Source: an uncultured Candidatus Saccharibacteria bacterium (GTDB taxonomy: Bacteria; Patescibacteriota; Saccharimonadia; Saccharimonadales; CAYLGV01). Taken from it: 64,000 bases of DNA. Under the pieces are notes generated by a model. The model was not told where the DNA came from and did not search any database. It saw nothing but the letters and a program-made list of their open reading frames with translations. Where the stretch lies: NCBI GenBank assembly GCA_964394925.1, contig CAYMZG010000002.1:109738-173737 (forward strand). Direction: 5' to 3'. The first letter of the stretch is position 1. Each line of letters begins with the position of its first letter. Made by a program: the position numbers and the translations under genes. This document shows, one piece after another, positions 25,500 to 34,761 of this stretch.

Positions 25500-26045
25500 A
25501 TGAAGTTACCATTCCAAAAGAAGTCGGTGCAGACACCTCAAATACCGCCAATGCCACCGGAAATTCAGCAGTATTATCAAGCTGAAAGACGTGAGCGCAC
25601 TGGTGTTGCCTGGTTGCTGGCCATTGGCACCCTTCTTGTGACAATCGCAGTTATTGTGCTGCTTTTCTTTGGTGGTCGCTGGGTGTATCGCAAGATCGCT
25701 CATCGAAGTAGCTCGACCACAACCTCACAAAAGGGCTCTGGCTCTGGTAACGGGTCTAGTAATACATCGCAGTCCAAGAACACCGACAACAAGCCGTCAC
25801 AAGGCTCGGGCAGTAGCCCATCAACCCCAAGCAACACCACGAACAGTGGTAGTACAACGAGCGGAGGCTCTGGTTCATCTAATACGGCGCCAACTACCAC
25901 TACGCCACCGTCAACTGGTGTAGTACCTCCAACGGCAGCTCGCACCAACATCCCGAACACCGGGCCTGGTGACACGGTTGCTATATTCTTTGCTGTTAGT
26001 TTGGCCGGCTACTTATTGCACCGCTACGTACTTGCAAAAAAATAA
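25500..26045 (+). CDS. Ser/Thr/Gly-rich surface protein with sortase-type sorting signal (IPNTG)
   Basis: N-terminal TM, low-complexity S/T/N/G region, and C-terminal IPNTG followed by a hydrophobic helix and a basic tail (LAKK). Confidence 0.6.
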   Translation: MKLPFQKKSVQTPQIPPMPPEIQQYYQAERRERTGVAWLLAIGTLLVTIAVIVLLFFGGRWVYRKIAHRSSSTTTSQKGSGSGNGSSNTSQSKNTDNKPSQGSGSSPSTPSNTTNSGSTTSGGSGSSNTAPTTTTPPSTGVVPPTAARTNIPNTGPGDTVAIFFAVSLAGYLLHRYVLAKK

Positions 26046-26081
26046 CAGCAAAAAAGCCACGGCACTATAAGTGTTGGGGGG

Positions 26082-26660
26082 CTATTTAACTTGGGCGTGT
26101 TGAGTGAAGTAGTTAATTTCGTTGATTACATCAAGCAATGCTTGAGCGCGCTCTTTCTCATCGGCAATTGCCTGAGCAGCATCGTAGGCTGTTTTGAGAA
26201 GACTTTGGTCATCTGAAGCCTGGATCATCATCATGGTGGTGCGGAACTTTTCCTCTGGCGTTTGATCAAGCTGATCCACTAGGGGGGTAAGCTGTTGCAG
26301 GGCCTGTTGCTTGAGGCTGAGCAGTTCGTCATCGTTGGCTGGAAGCGGGTTATCTGTCGGCGCATCATCTAACGGTGCATTGAGAATACCATCTGGCAAG
26401 GGCGTGTCAGATGCTGCTACTGGATCGGGTGTGCCACTCGAAGGCAACTCGGGCGTATCAAGGGGGTTGGCAGATGCGGGCACGCTTGGTGCGGTGCTAG
26501 CCATATTATCTGTTGTGCTTGCCATTGCCGGTGCAGGATTGGCCACTGGCGTATCACTTAGTGGAGCATTGGTCAGGGCTGCTGGCGGCGTAAAGTTATC
26601 AGAGCTAAACCCACTTACCGGGTTAGTTGTCTGTGTCTGTTGATCGTCATTACCGTACAT
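26082..26660 (-). CDS. hypothetical protein, Pro/Ala/Asp-rich N-half, helical C-half
   Basis: 192-aa ORF with GGTGG RBS upstream. No motif recognised. Confidence 0.5.
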   Translation of the reverse strand: MYGNDDQQTQTTNPVSGFSSDNFTPPAALTNAPLSDTPVANPAPAMASTTDNMASTAPSVPASANPLDTPELPSSGTPDPVAASDTPLPDGILNAPLDDAPTDNPLPANDDELLSLKQQALQQLTPLVDQLDQTPEEKFRTTMMMIQASDDQSLLKTAYDAAQAIADEKERAQALLDVINEINYFTQHAQVK

Positions 26661-26767
26661 GATCCCACCTTTTTGCCGCGCCTGCGGTCATGTTCAATTA
26701 AGCATTTGCAGTTTACAATGTATATCGTACCAGAGTGACTAATTAAACAAAAGCCTTGGAGGGTTGG

Positions 26768-27799
26768 ATGCTAGATGATGTGAAAATGATTCATGAGCGG
26801 GATGCCCAGGATGCCCTTGGAATTGCCGAAAAACAATGGCAACAACTGCAAATTTCCTTCGACTTACCTGTCATAGAAGGGCCATTTAACAATGTGGTTC
26901 ACGCAGGCATGGGTGGTTCGGCGCTCTGGGGACTGGTGAGTCAAAGCTGGCCGAGCTACAGCGTACCCTTTGAGCTGTGCCGCGATTACGACATCCCAGG
27001 CTATGTTAATAATCAGACACTATTTATTGCATCATCATATTCGGGTAACACCGAAGAAACGTTGGCTGCTCTTGAGCAAGCCGAGGCGAAAGGCGCCAAA
27101 ATAGCTGTAATAACAGGTGGCGGTAAGTTGGCTGAAATTGCCCAAGCCAAAGGCTACCCACTGGCGTTGTTACCAAAATTTGAACAGCCTCGTTTTGCAC
27201 TACTAGCGGGCTTCAGAGCACTCGTGACTCTCCTTGAACGAGCTGGTTTAGTGCCTGTCGATGATGCCGAGATAAATATACACAATGCTGGCGAATTTCT
27301 TAGGTCGGCCATTGAGGCTTGGAAGCCGACTGTTGCCACCAAAGATAACCCCGCCAAGCAACTTGCCCAGGAGCTTATGGGTAAAGCGCCGGTGGTGTAT
27401 GCTGGGCCAAAGCTCTTCCCAGCCGCCTACAAGTGGAAGATTAGCTTCAATGAAAACGCCAAAAACGTAGCCTGGTGCAACCAGCTTCCCGAGTTCAACC
27501 ACAATGAATTTAACGGCTGGGTCAGTCACCCCATCGATAAACCCTACGCTGTTGTTGACCTGCGTAGTAACCTTGAGCACCCACGTGTTCAAAAACGTTT
27601 TGAAGTTACTGAGCGACTCCTTTCTGGAAAACGGCCACGCACGCATATGGTGCAGGCGCAAGGCGAGACTTTGCTTGAGCAACTGGTGTGGACGATCGCT
27701 CTCGGCGACTTCGTCAGTCTTTACCTCGCACTGCTGAACGGTATCAATCCAACACCCGTTGAATATGTCGAAAAGTTTAAAAAAGCCCTCAATGAGTAA
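26768..27799 (+). CDS. bifunctional phosphoglucose/phosphomannose isomerase-type SIS protein
   Basis: GMGGSA and SYSGNTEET SIS motifs. ATG 26768 with GGAGGG upstream. Confidence 0.75.
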   Translation: MLDDVKMIHERDAQDALGIAEKQWQQLQISFDLPVIEGPFNNVVHAGMGGSALWGLVSQSWPSYSVPFELCRDYDIPGYVNNQTLFIASSYSGNTEETLAALEQAEAKGAKIAVITGGGKLAEIAQAKGYPLALLPKFEQPRFALLAGFRALVTLLERAGLVPVDDAEINIHNAGEFLRSAIEAWKPTVATKDNPAKQLAQELMGKAPVVYAGPKLFPAAYKWKISFNENAKNVAWCNQLPEFNHNEFNGWVSHPIDKPYAVVDLRSNLEHPRVQKRFEVTERLLSGKRPRTHMVQAQGETLLEQLVWTIALGDFVSLYLALLNGINPTPVEYVEKFKKALNE

Positions 27800-28325
27800 G
27801 TATATTCGCAACTTCTGCTATATCTGTGGAAATCGTGTGCAAGCATCATCTTCTAAGAGCTGGTATTGCAAGACGTGTGAAATGACGTTCTATGACAGCC
27901 CGCGCGCTTGTGCTGAAGTCGCCTTGTTTAACGACGAGGGTAAGGTACTGCTAGTGAAGCGTGCCTATGAGCCTTGGAAGGGTAAGTTTGATCTGCCCGG
28001 TGGCTTTGTTGAAGATGATGAAACTGCTGAACAGGCTATGCTCAGAGAATTACAAGAGGAACTAGGCCTTAGCAAAACCGAAATTCGCGGCAGCCAATAC
28101 GTCACCTCATGGCCTTGCAATTACCCGTGGGGACAAGAAGCCTACAGTTTGCTAACAACTACTTTCGCTGCAAAACTACAACCAAACGCTGTGCCGCAGC
28201 CCAAAGATGATGTAGAAGATTATATCTTTGTGCGCGTAGACGACATCACTCCAGATATGCTTTCACTCGTAGATTGCCTGACAGTTATGAAGGAAGCTGA
28301 AAAACTGATTAACAAGCACCCTTAG
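27792..28325 (+). CDS. NUDIX hydrolase with N-terminal zinc ribbon
   Basis: Nudix box GGFVEDDETAEQAMLRELQEELGL, plus CYICGN...CKTCE. Its ATG overlaps the upstream stop codon. Confidence 0.85.
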   Translation: MSKYIRNFCYICGNRVQASSSKSWYCKTCEMTFYDSPRACAEVALFNDEGKVLLVKRAYEPWKGKFDLPGGFVEDDETAEQAMLRELQEELGLSKTEIRGSQYVTSWPCNYPWGQEAYSLLTTTFAAKLQPNAVPQPKDDVEDYIFVRVDDITPDMLSLVDCLTVMKEAEKLINKHP

Positions 28326-28359
28326 CTGGCGTATAGTCATACTTCAAGGAGATCTTGCG

Positions 28360-29070
28360 GTGTCTAAGCATATCAACGAATATATCAAGCAGCTCGGAAC
28401 TATTATGTCGGTATGGGCCCACCCAGACGACGAAACATTTAGTTGTGCTGGGATCATGTGTGCTGCTCGAGCGAACGGTCAAAATGTCGTTTGTATTACT
28501 GCTACCAAGGGCGAAGCGGGCGTGCAAGACGCCGCGCGGTGGCCGGCCGATCAACTGGCCGACATTCGTGCTGAAGAAATGGCCGAAGCGCTGCAAATAC
28601 TCGGAGTAAACCAACATTACTGGCTTGGTTACCAAGATGGTCACGTAGCGGAAGTTCCCGAACACGATGCCATTGAACGCTTACGAGCCATGATTAGGCT
28701 GTATCGACCAAACACAATTCTCACTTTCGGGCCAGAAGGGATGACTGGGCACCCGGATCACTGCGCTATCTCCAACCTCGTTGCGCAAGCATCTATCGAG
28801 TCTGGCGCTCGGGTGCTCCACGCTGTCCAGCTCAGGTCTCGGTTTGAATACCTGAAAGCGGCCGACGAACAGTTCAATATTTTCTATAATATTGAACAGC
28901 CACCACTAGTCGAGGACAGTCAGGCTGCCATTTTGTTTCAGCTCCCCGAAGACTGCCTCCAAAAGAAGTTAGATGCTCTAAAAGCTATGCCATCACAGAC
29001 TGAAGCCATGCTCACAGCAATGGGCGAGGACGTGGTGCGTGAAATGATACGGTTTGAAGTTTTTGTGTAG
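28360..29070 (+). CDS. PIG-L / LmbE-family deacetylase
   Basis: AHPDDETF and HPDH motifs. Confidence 0.8.
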   Translation: MSKHINEYIKQLGTIMSVWAHPDDETFSCAGIMCAARANGQNVVCITATKGEAGVQDAARWPADQLADIRAEEMAEALQILGVNQHYWLGYQDGHVAEVPEHDAIERLRAMIRLYRPNTILTFGPEGMTGHPDHCAISNLVAQASIESGARVLHAVQLRSRFEYLKAADEQFNIFYNIEQPPLVEDSQAAILFQLPEDCLQKKLDALKAMPSQTEAMLTAMGEDVVREMIRFEVFV

Positions 29071-29083
29071 GTGTAGGCCAGTG

Positions 29084-29605
29084 CTAGATGGGAGTCTTTT
29101 TGAATCCCAACAGGTAGCCGATGTAGGCCAATAACAGATGAAGACCAAAATAAACCACAAAAATAGTAAGCATCACCCACAGCTGTGGCTGCATGAATAT
29201 ATAAATGGCGAGTAGGCCACCAATAATATAATCGATTTGATCGAATGGGAACCAGGGCTTGCCAGGCTGAACACCGCGCTGGCGTTTGAAGAAGCTCTCG
29301 ATGGCATCGCCCAGGAGCGCGCCCGCGCCCAATACACAACCAGCCCAGAAGGGATGTAGTACGCCGACGGTATTATGATTCAGCGCACCTATAGCAAGCC
29401 CAGTGAGGCCACCAAACAGCGTACCCATAACTAAGCCGCGCCAGGTTTTATTGTCACCGAAGATACGCTTGCCTCGGTAACTCTTACCGAGGTCGAGGGG
29501 TGTCTTCCATTGGTTTATGTACGGTATCTTGTTAATGATAACTGGGCTCATGTTAGCGATGCCGGCGGGCAAGAAGAATAGCAGGGCCGCAAGATAGTCG
29601 TTCAC
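29084..29605 (-). CDS. CDP-archaeol synthase-like (CarS/DUF46) membrane protein
   Basis: Multi-TM protein with GDNKTWRG and GDAIESFFKRQRG motifs, characteristic of the CarS/DUF46 family. Confidence 0.65.
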   Translation of the reverse strand: MNDYLAALLFFLPAGIANMSPVIINKIPYINQWKTPLDLGKSYRGKRIFGDNKTWRGLVMGTLFGGLTGLAIGALNHNTVGVLHPFWAGCVLGAGALLGDAIESFFKRQRGVQPGKPWFPFDQIDYIIGGLLAIYIFMQPQLWVMLTIFVVYFGLHLLLAYIGYLLGFKKTPI

Positions 29606-30252
29606 GTGCGTTTTACCTTTCGGCGCAGATGATGGTACTTGGGATACAGTAAGGCACGCATGCTCGGCCGAGACGTTACTGGCACACCCTTGCTGAGTAA
29701 GTTAACAAGTGTCGCTTTGTTTGGTAACTCCGGCACATCGGTATATGTACGACCCAGGCCTCGCACACCGTGGGCATCACTGCTGGCGGCGCCAACCACA
29801 TGATTCAGCTTAGCCCAAACTACAGCTTGAGCGCTGCGGTTCTGCAAGAATGCACGACCATTACAGACCTCGACAATATCCAACTGATCAACCAGCTCCT
29901 CCATAACACCAGGGTGTAGACCTTTGCGAATACTCTCAAAAGGATGCGGAATGTACACAATGCCGCCTTGGTCTTTAATATGTTTAATCGTTTCGAGCGG
30001 AGATAGGCGAGGTGGCACACGTTTCGTGAGGTACAAACCTATGATTTCACCACCAGTGCTCATAATCTCCTCGCCAACAATCACACGATCACCAAAACGT
30101 TCTTGCAAATGCAAGGCAAAGTCGATGTGGTTATGATCTGTTATGGCAATCATATCCAGTAGGTTGGTGCTTAACGCATGGGCGTACTGATCAGCCGTAA
30201 TACCACCGTCTTTTGAGGCACTCGAATGCGTATGAAGGTCAATCTTGAACAT
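29602..30252 (-). CDS. PHP-domain phosphoesterase
   Basis: IDLHTHSSASKDG N-terminal PHP motif. It overlaps both neighbours by 4 and 14 nt, suggesting an operon. Confidence 0.75.
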   Translation of the reverse strand: MFKIDLHTHSSASKDGGITADQYAHALSTNLLDMIAITDHNHIDFALHLQERFGDRVIVGEEIMSTGGEIIGLYLTKRVPPRLSPLETIKHIKDQGGIVYIPHPFESIRKGLHPGVMEELVDQLDIVEVCNGRAFLQNRSAQAVVWAKLNHVVGAASSDAHGVRGLGRTYTDVPELPNKATLVNLLSKGVPVTSRPSMRALLYPKYHHLRRKVKRT

Positions 30253-30919
30253 TAGACAAAGTCTCTATTACACGGTACATGCGACCAAGCGCAGTATACC
30301 AAGCCAAGATCGCAATGATCGGAACAATAATTGCTTCCCAACCAAACAGCAACATAATGACCAAAAGGAACATGCGCACCTCAAAGCTCGCAATGCCGCC
30401 CCGGAAGGTTTTATTAAGCTGAGATTTAGCAACTTTACTGCCGCGTAGCACGGCTTCACCCCAGGCATTAATGTAGCTAGTGAGCAACGATCCGCCCAGG
30501 GCCACAACGAGCAATACCATGTACGTGGCATTACTGTACCAACATGTCTGACCAATACCGGTGCAGGTGGCCGTTGTGCTAGCCGCCGCACCAATTAGTC
30601 CAATGTAAACCAATACTTCTTTAATGCGATCACTAACCGAGTCAAGGAACATGCCACTATGGCTGGTGCGACCTTGCAGTCTTGCTAGTTCGCCGTCGAG
30701 GGTATCGAATAAGCCGAATATAAGAAGTAAACCACCTGCCCAAATAGGGTGATGAGTGGCAATCAGCCAGGCAATCGGTGCGTGGGCAAGCAGACCAATC
30801 ACCGTGACCATGTTGGGCGTAAGGGCGCCACCACTAACCTTATTCAGAACTTTGGCCACTCGTCGCATGAAGGCACGAACGCCATTACGTACTACATCTA
30901 ACAGTTTCATTGCTACCAT
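30239..30919 (-). CDS. CDP-alcohol phosphatidyltransferase
   Basis: DTLDGELARLQGRTSHSGMFLDSVSDR matches D-G-x2-A-R-x8-G-x3-D-x3-D. Confidence 0.8.
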   Translation of the reverse strand: MVAMKLLDVVRNGVRAFMRRVAKVLNKVSGGALTPNMVTVIGLLAHAPIAWLIATHHPIWAGGLLLIFGLFDTLDGELARLQGRTSHSGMFLDSVSDRIKEVLVYIGLIGAAASTTATCTGIGQTCWYSNATYMVLLVVALGGSLLTSYINAWGEAVLRGSKVAKSQLNKTFRGGIASFEVRMFLLVIMLLFGWEAIIVPIIAILAWYTALGRMYRVIETLSNVQD

Positions 30920-30942
30920 TATAGCCTACCGAGCGTTATCCC

Positions 30943-31065
30943 TGTCACGCCCTCGTCCACTACCTTGAGTAGGGGGTTTGCTATAGCCAATCAGGAAAGC
31001 CAAGAACGAATGTTCTTTTGGCGGCTTTCCGTACCCTACGAAGGGTAGTGGACGAGGGTGTGACA
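30943..31065 (+). repeat. hairpin-tip repeat element, copy 1 (core sense on + strand)
   Basis: Conserved core GGGGGTTTGCTATAGCCAATCAGGAAAGCCAAGAACGAATGTTCTTTTGGCGGCTTTCCGTACCCT. It is enclosed by 32-nt locus-specific arms (30943-30974 / 31034-31065) containing 2 G.U pairs and a tandem GA/AG internal loop. Confidence 0.9.
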
Positions 31066-31089
31066 AAACGTGTGAGCTATAATGTGGCT

Positions 31090-31764
31090 ATGGCGCGAAA
31101 AACGGTGAACCGTGAGGTGCTCGTTGCATTACTGGTTTCTAACCTGGTGACAGTGGTGCTGTTTTTGCTGCGCGTCATCGTTACGAAAGATACGCGTTAC
31201 TGGTTCTTATTCTGGAATTTATTACTGGCGTGGGTGCCGGTATTGCTTGCCGGGCTACTGGTGAAGCAACTGGCCAAACGTCGCTGGTCAGACCCCGTAC
31301 CGCTTTTACTGACAGTCCTTTGGTTAGCTTTTCTGCCAAACAGTTTTTACCTTATGAGTGATCTTATTCATTTGCAAAACACTGGTGAAATAGGCTTGTT
31401 GTATGATGCTGTGCTGTTTTTGTCATGCATTTGGAATGGGGTGGTGGCAGGCATGCTCAGCATTTACTGGGTACACATCGCATTATTGAAACGCCGAACG
31501 GCGCGTTTTGCGTGGGGCATTATTAGCGCCATATTTTTGCTTACCAGCATTGCCATTTACTTAGGGCGTAATTTACGATGGAATACTTGGGATATTCTGG
31601 CTAACCCAGCAGGGCTTTTGTTTGATGTCTCAGAACGCATCATAAATCCACTGGCTCACCCCCAAATTTTTGTTACATCATTGACCTTTTTTATCTTACT
31701 TACGAGCATGTATTACGTGATCTGGACGTTTGTCCGTGCCTTGCAGGTTAAACCCCGTCGCTAA
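31090..31764 (+). CDS. DUF1361-like integral membrane protein
   Basis: Start at ATG 31090; the track start at 31018 lies inside the repeat element. FLPNSFYLMSDLIHL motif. Confidence 0.65.
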   Translation: MARKTVNREVLVALLVSNLVTVVLFLLRVIVTKDTRYWFLFWNLLLAWVPVLLAGLLVKQLAKRRWSDPVPLLLTVLWLAFLPNSFYLMSDLIHLQNTGEIGLLYDAVLFLSCIWNGVVAGMLSIYWVHIALLKRRTARFAWGIISAIFLLTSIAIYLGRNLRWNTWDILANPAGLLFDVSERIINPLAHPQIFVTSLTFFILLTSMYYVIWTFVRALQVKPRR

Positions 31765-31782
31765 TCTGTTATTATTAGACGC

Positions 31783-33429
31783 ATGAAGGAGCAATTAATT
31801 GCTGCAATCACGACAGCAGGCAAGAGCCTATACGATGTCGAAGTTGACGTTAATTTAACGCGCCCCGAAGAGCAGTTCGGTGACTTTGCAACTAACGTTG
31901 CTCTACAACTTAGTAAACCAGTCGGTAAAAATCCTCGCGAGATAGCTGAGGCGATTGCGGCTGAGCTCAAAAAAACGTTGACCACACAAGTTAAAGACGT
32001 AACGGTGGCTGGCCCTGGATTTATCAACATTACGCTGATTGACGAAGCACTTGCCAATACAGCTTCTAACCGAACGCAGCCGTATAGTGGCAAAACCGTT
32101 GTTATTGAGACTAACAATCCTAACCCATTTAAGGCCATGCACATTGGGCACGCCTACAACGCTATTATGGCGGACACCCTAGCTAACCTGATTGAAGCAG
32201 GCGGTGCAACCACAAATCGTGTGAGTTATCACGGTGATGTGGGCTTGCATGTTGGGAAGAGTATGTACAGTTTGCTTCGGTATGTGGATGGTGACATATC
32301 CAAGCTAGAGGCCATACCTACTGAAGAGCGCAATAGCTTTATGTCGAAAATGTACGCGGAAGGTTCCAAGGCGTACAAAGAAGATGAGCAGGCCAAAACA
32401 GAGATTGATGCGCTTACCAAAGCATCGTTCACGCGTGAAGATCCGCTCTATGCGGCCGTGTACGACATATGTAAAGACTGGAGTTTTGCTGAACTCGATG
32501 CCATTGTGGCGCGCCTTAACAATAAGCCGACCGTCAAGCGTTTCTTGGAGAGTGAAGCCGATGGTCGTGGCGTGGCGATTGTTAAAAAGAATGTCCCCGA
32601 GGTGTTTTACGAAAGCGACGGTGCGTTGGTGTTTCCAGGCAGCAAGCATGGCAGCTTCGATAATGTGTTTGTCACCTCGAGAGGCTTAGGGCTATATGGT
32701 GCACGCGACCTTGGTCTCATGCAACTGAAGGACGAAGCGTTTCACGCTGAAAAAAGCTACATTGTGACTGCCGAAGAGCAGCGTGACTATTTTAAGGGTG
32801 TGATTGCCGCTGCCGAACTGTGTTTGCCTGAACTTCGCGGTGTAACAGTTAACATTTCGCACGGCACGGTTAAATTATCGACAGGCAAAATGAGTTCTCG
32901 TTCAGGTGATGTTATTGAAATTGCCTGGCTGTTTGACAGAATTGGCGAAGCAATCGCTGAGCGTGGTAGTACTCCCAACGATGAGTTAATTGCTGGCGCC
33001 CTGCGTTACCAATTCCTCAAAGTTCGCATCGGTGGTGATGTGGTGTTCGACATAGGTGAGTCGGTAAGTATTCAAGGTAATAGCGGTTCTTATTTGCAGT
33101 ATGCCCATGCTCGGGCGTGCTCGATTCTTGCCAAGGCAACAAACAGTAATGATGGTGCATTAAACGAACTTCAGCCAGATGAGCGTAGTTTGCTGCGAAA
33201 AATGAGTGAATATACCGAGGTGGTAGACCTGGCGATGGGTGAGCTCATGCCACATCATATTTGCACCTACCTCTATGAGTTAGCCCAGGTGTTTAATCGG
33301 TTCTATGAGCATAATCGGGTGCTCGAAGATGAGCGAGAGGCGATTCGGCTTGAACTTGTGCGCCGTTATGCGGCTATCCTGCGTGATGGCCTTGCGTTAT
33401 TAAACATTCCGACACCGGAGCGTTTGTAA
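31783..33429 (+). CDS. argS: arginine--tRNA ligase
   Basis: AMHIGHAYN (HIGH) motif, 548 aa, ArgRS-like anticodon-binding C-terminus. Confidence 0.9.
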   Translation: MKEQLIAAITTAGKSLYDVEVDVNLTRPEEQFGDFATNVALQLSKPVGKNPREIAEAIAAELKKTLTTQVKDVTVAGPGFINITLIDEALANTASNRTQPYSGKTVVIETNNPNPFKAMHIGHAYNAIMADTLANLIEAGGATTNRVSYHGDVGLHVGKSMYSLLRYVDGDISKLEAIPTEERNSFMSKMYAEGSKAYKEDEQAKTEIDALTKASFTREDPLYAAVYDICKDWSFAELDAIVARLNNKPTVKRFLESEADGRGVAIVKKNVPEVFYESDGALVFPGSKHGSFDNVFVTSRGLGLYGARDLGLMQLKDEAFHAEKSYIVTAEEQRDYFKGVIAAAELCLPELRGVTVNISHGTVKLSTGKMSSRSGDVIEIAWLFDRIGEAIAERGSTPNDELIAGALRYQFLKVRIGGDVVFDIGESVSIQGNSGSYLQYAHARACSILAKATNSNDGALNELQPDERSLLRKMSEYTEVVDLAMGELMPHHICTYLYELAQVFNRFYEHNRVLEDEREAIRLELVRRYAAILRDGLALLNIPTPERL

Positions 33430-33431
33430 CC

Positions 33432-34049
33432 GTGACGATTGTGTTTGACTTTGATGGCACCCTTGCCAACACCTACGGTATTGTATTGTCGTTATATAAC
33501 GCCGAGGCGGCTAACTATGGTTTACGAACTATTAGCGCTGAAGACTGGGAAGCAATCAGGCGCATGCGCTTTAGTGAAATGTTAAAGTTCGCCGGTATCA
33601 AACCGCACCAGGTGCCCAAGTACCTCACCATTGGTAAACAAATTTTAAAAGGGCACATTGAACAGATTGAACTCTTTGACGGCGTGGTTGATATGATCAA
33701 GCGTCTGAAAACAGCCGGTCATGACTTGTTCGTGTTGAGTAGTAATGCCGAGGATACCATTCAGGCAGTACTGGAACGGTACGGCTTGAGTGAGCTGAGT
33801 GTTATGAAGAGCTCAAAACTATTTGGCAAAGCCACTTCTCTAAAACGACTCGTGCGGGTTAATAAGTTGCAGCCAGATCAGGTATGGATGGTGGGCGATG
33901 AAGTGCGCGATGTGGTTGCTGCCAAAAAAGCCGGCATTCACGCCATGGCGGTCACCTGGGGTTTTCACCTAAAAGAGATGCTAGCTCCGGCCAAACCCGA
34001 TGCATATGCCGAAACGCCCGAACAGCTCACCGATTTTTTTGAGAAGTAA
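33432..34049 (+). CDS. HAD-superfamily hydrolase
   Basis: IVFDFDGTL motif I, VLSSN, GDEVRDVVAAKKAG. Confidence 0.8.
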   Translation: MTIVFDFDGTLANTYGIVLSLYNAEAANYGLRTISAEDWEAIRRMRFSEMLKFAGIKPHQVPKYLTIGKQILKGHIEQIELFDGVVDMIKRLKTAGHDLFVLSSNAEDTIQAVLERYGLSELSVMKSSKLFGKATSLKRLVRVNKLQPDQVWMVGDEVRDVVAAKKAGIHAMAVTWGFHLKEMLAPAKPDAYAETPEQLTDFFEK

Positions 34050-34050
34050 C

Positions 34051-34761
34051 ATGGTTGAAGAAATTCAAGACGCCTTAAAGCAAGTCTCCACTCCCGAGAA
34101 AGCTGCTAATTCAACACGTTTTTTTAAGTGTGGCCCAGGCCAATACGGTGAAGGCGATATGTTTATTGGTGTTACGGTGCCTGATCAGCGCAAGATTGCT
34201 CGAGCATATTTTCGCCCGATCCTTTTTAAAGATCTGAAGCGCCTGCTAAAAAGCCCGTGGCACGAAGGGCGTTTAACGGCGCTCCTCATGATGGTGATGA
34301 AGTTTCAAAGGGGCAATGAGGTGACGCGCCGAGCGCTGTTTGATCTGTATATGGACGAAATTGAACATATTAACAACTGGGACCTCGTAGATAGCTCAGC
34401 GCCGTACATTGTTGGACCGTGGCTGGAAGGGAACCCGTATAAAATGAAAGTGCTCAAGCGGCTAGCTCGCTCTGAGGTGTTGTGGGAGCGACGTATTGCC
34501 ATGCTGTCTACGTTTTACTACATCAACAAATGCAATCGTGCCGACGAAGCGCTGCAGATTATTACAATTTTGTTACACGATGAACATGATCTGATTCAAA
34601 AAGCCGTTGGTTGGATGCTCCGTGAAATTGGTAAACGGGTTGACGAGGCTGTTCTGTGCAACTTTCTAAACGAGCATGCGCACAACATGCCACGCACGGC
34701 TCTTCGGTACGCTATTGAACGTCTCACCCCCGAACAAAAAACATTGTATATGCATCAGTAG
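34051..34761 (+). CDS. DNA alkylation repair protein (AlkD-like HEAT-repeat family)
   Basis: FFKCGPGQYGEGDMFIGV and NNWDLVDSSAP motifs. Start at ATG 34051. Confidence 0.75.
   Translation: MVEEIQDALKQVSTPEKAANSTRFFKCGPGQYGEGDMFIGVTVPDQRKIARAYFRPILFKDLKRLLKSPWHEGRLTALLMMVMKFQRGNEVTRRALFDLYMDEIEHINNWDLVDSSAPYIVGPWLEGNPYKMKVLKRLARSEVLWERRIAMLSTFYYINKCNRADEALQIITILLHDEHDLIQKAVGWMLREIGKRVDEAVLCNFLNEHAHNMPRTALRYAIERLTPEQKTLYMHQ

Noticed and set aside
31018-31089. Two track ORFs start inside or overlap repeat copies: 31018 for the DUF1361 gene, and ORF 47813..48040 (-).
   Set aside because: Both are open reading through repeat sequence. The DUF1361 gene more plausibly starts at ATG 31090. ORF 47813..48040 overlaps the polA start and has no coding signal.
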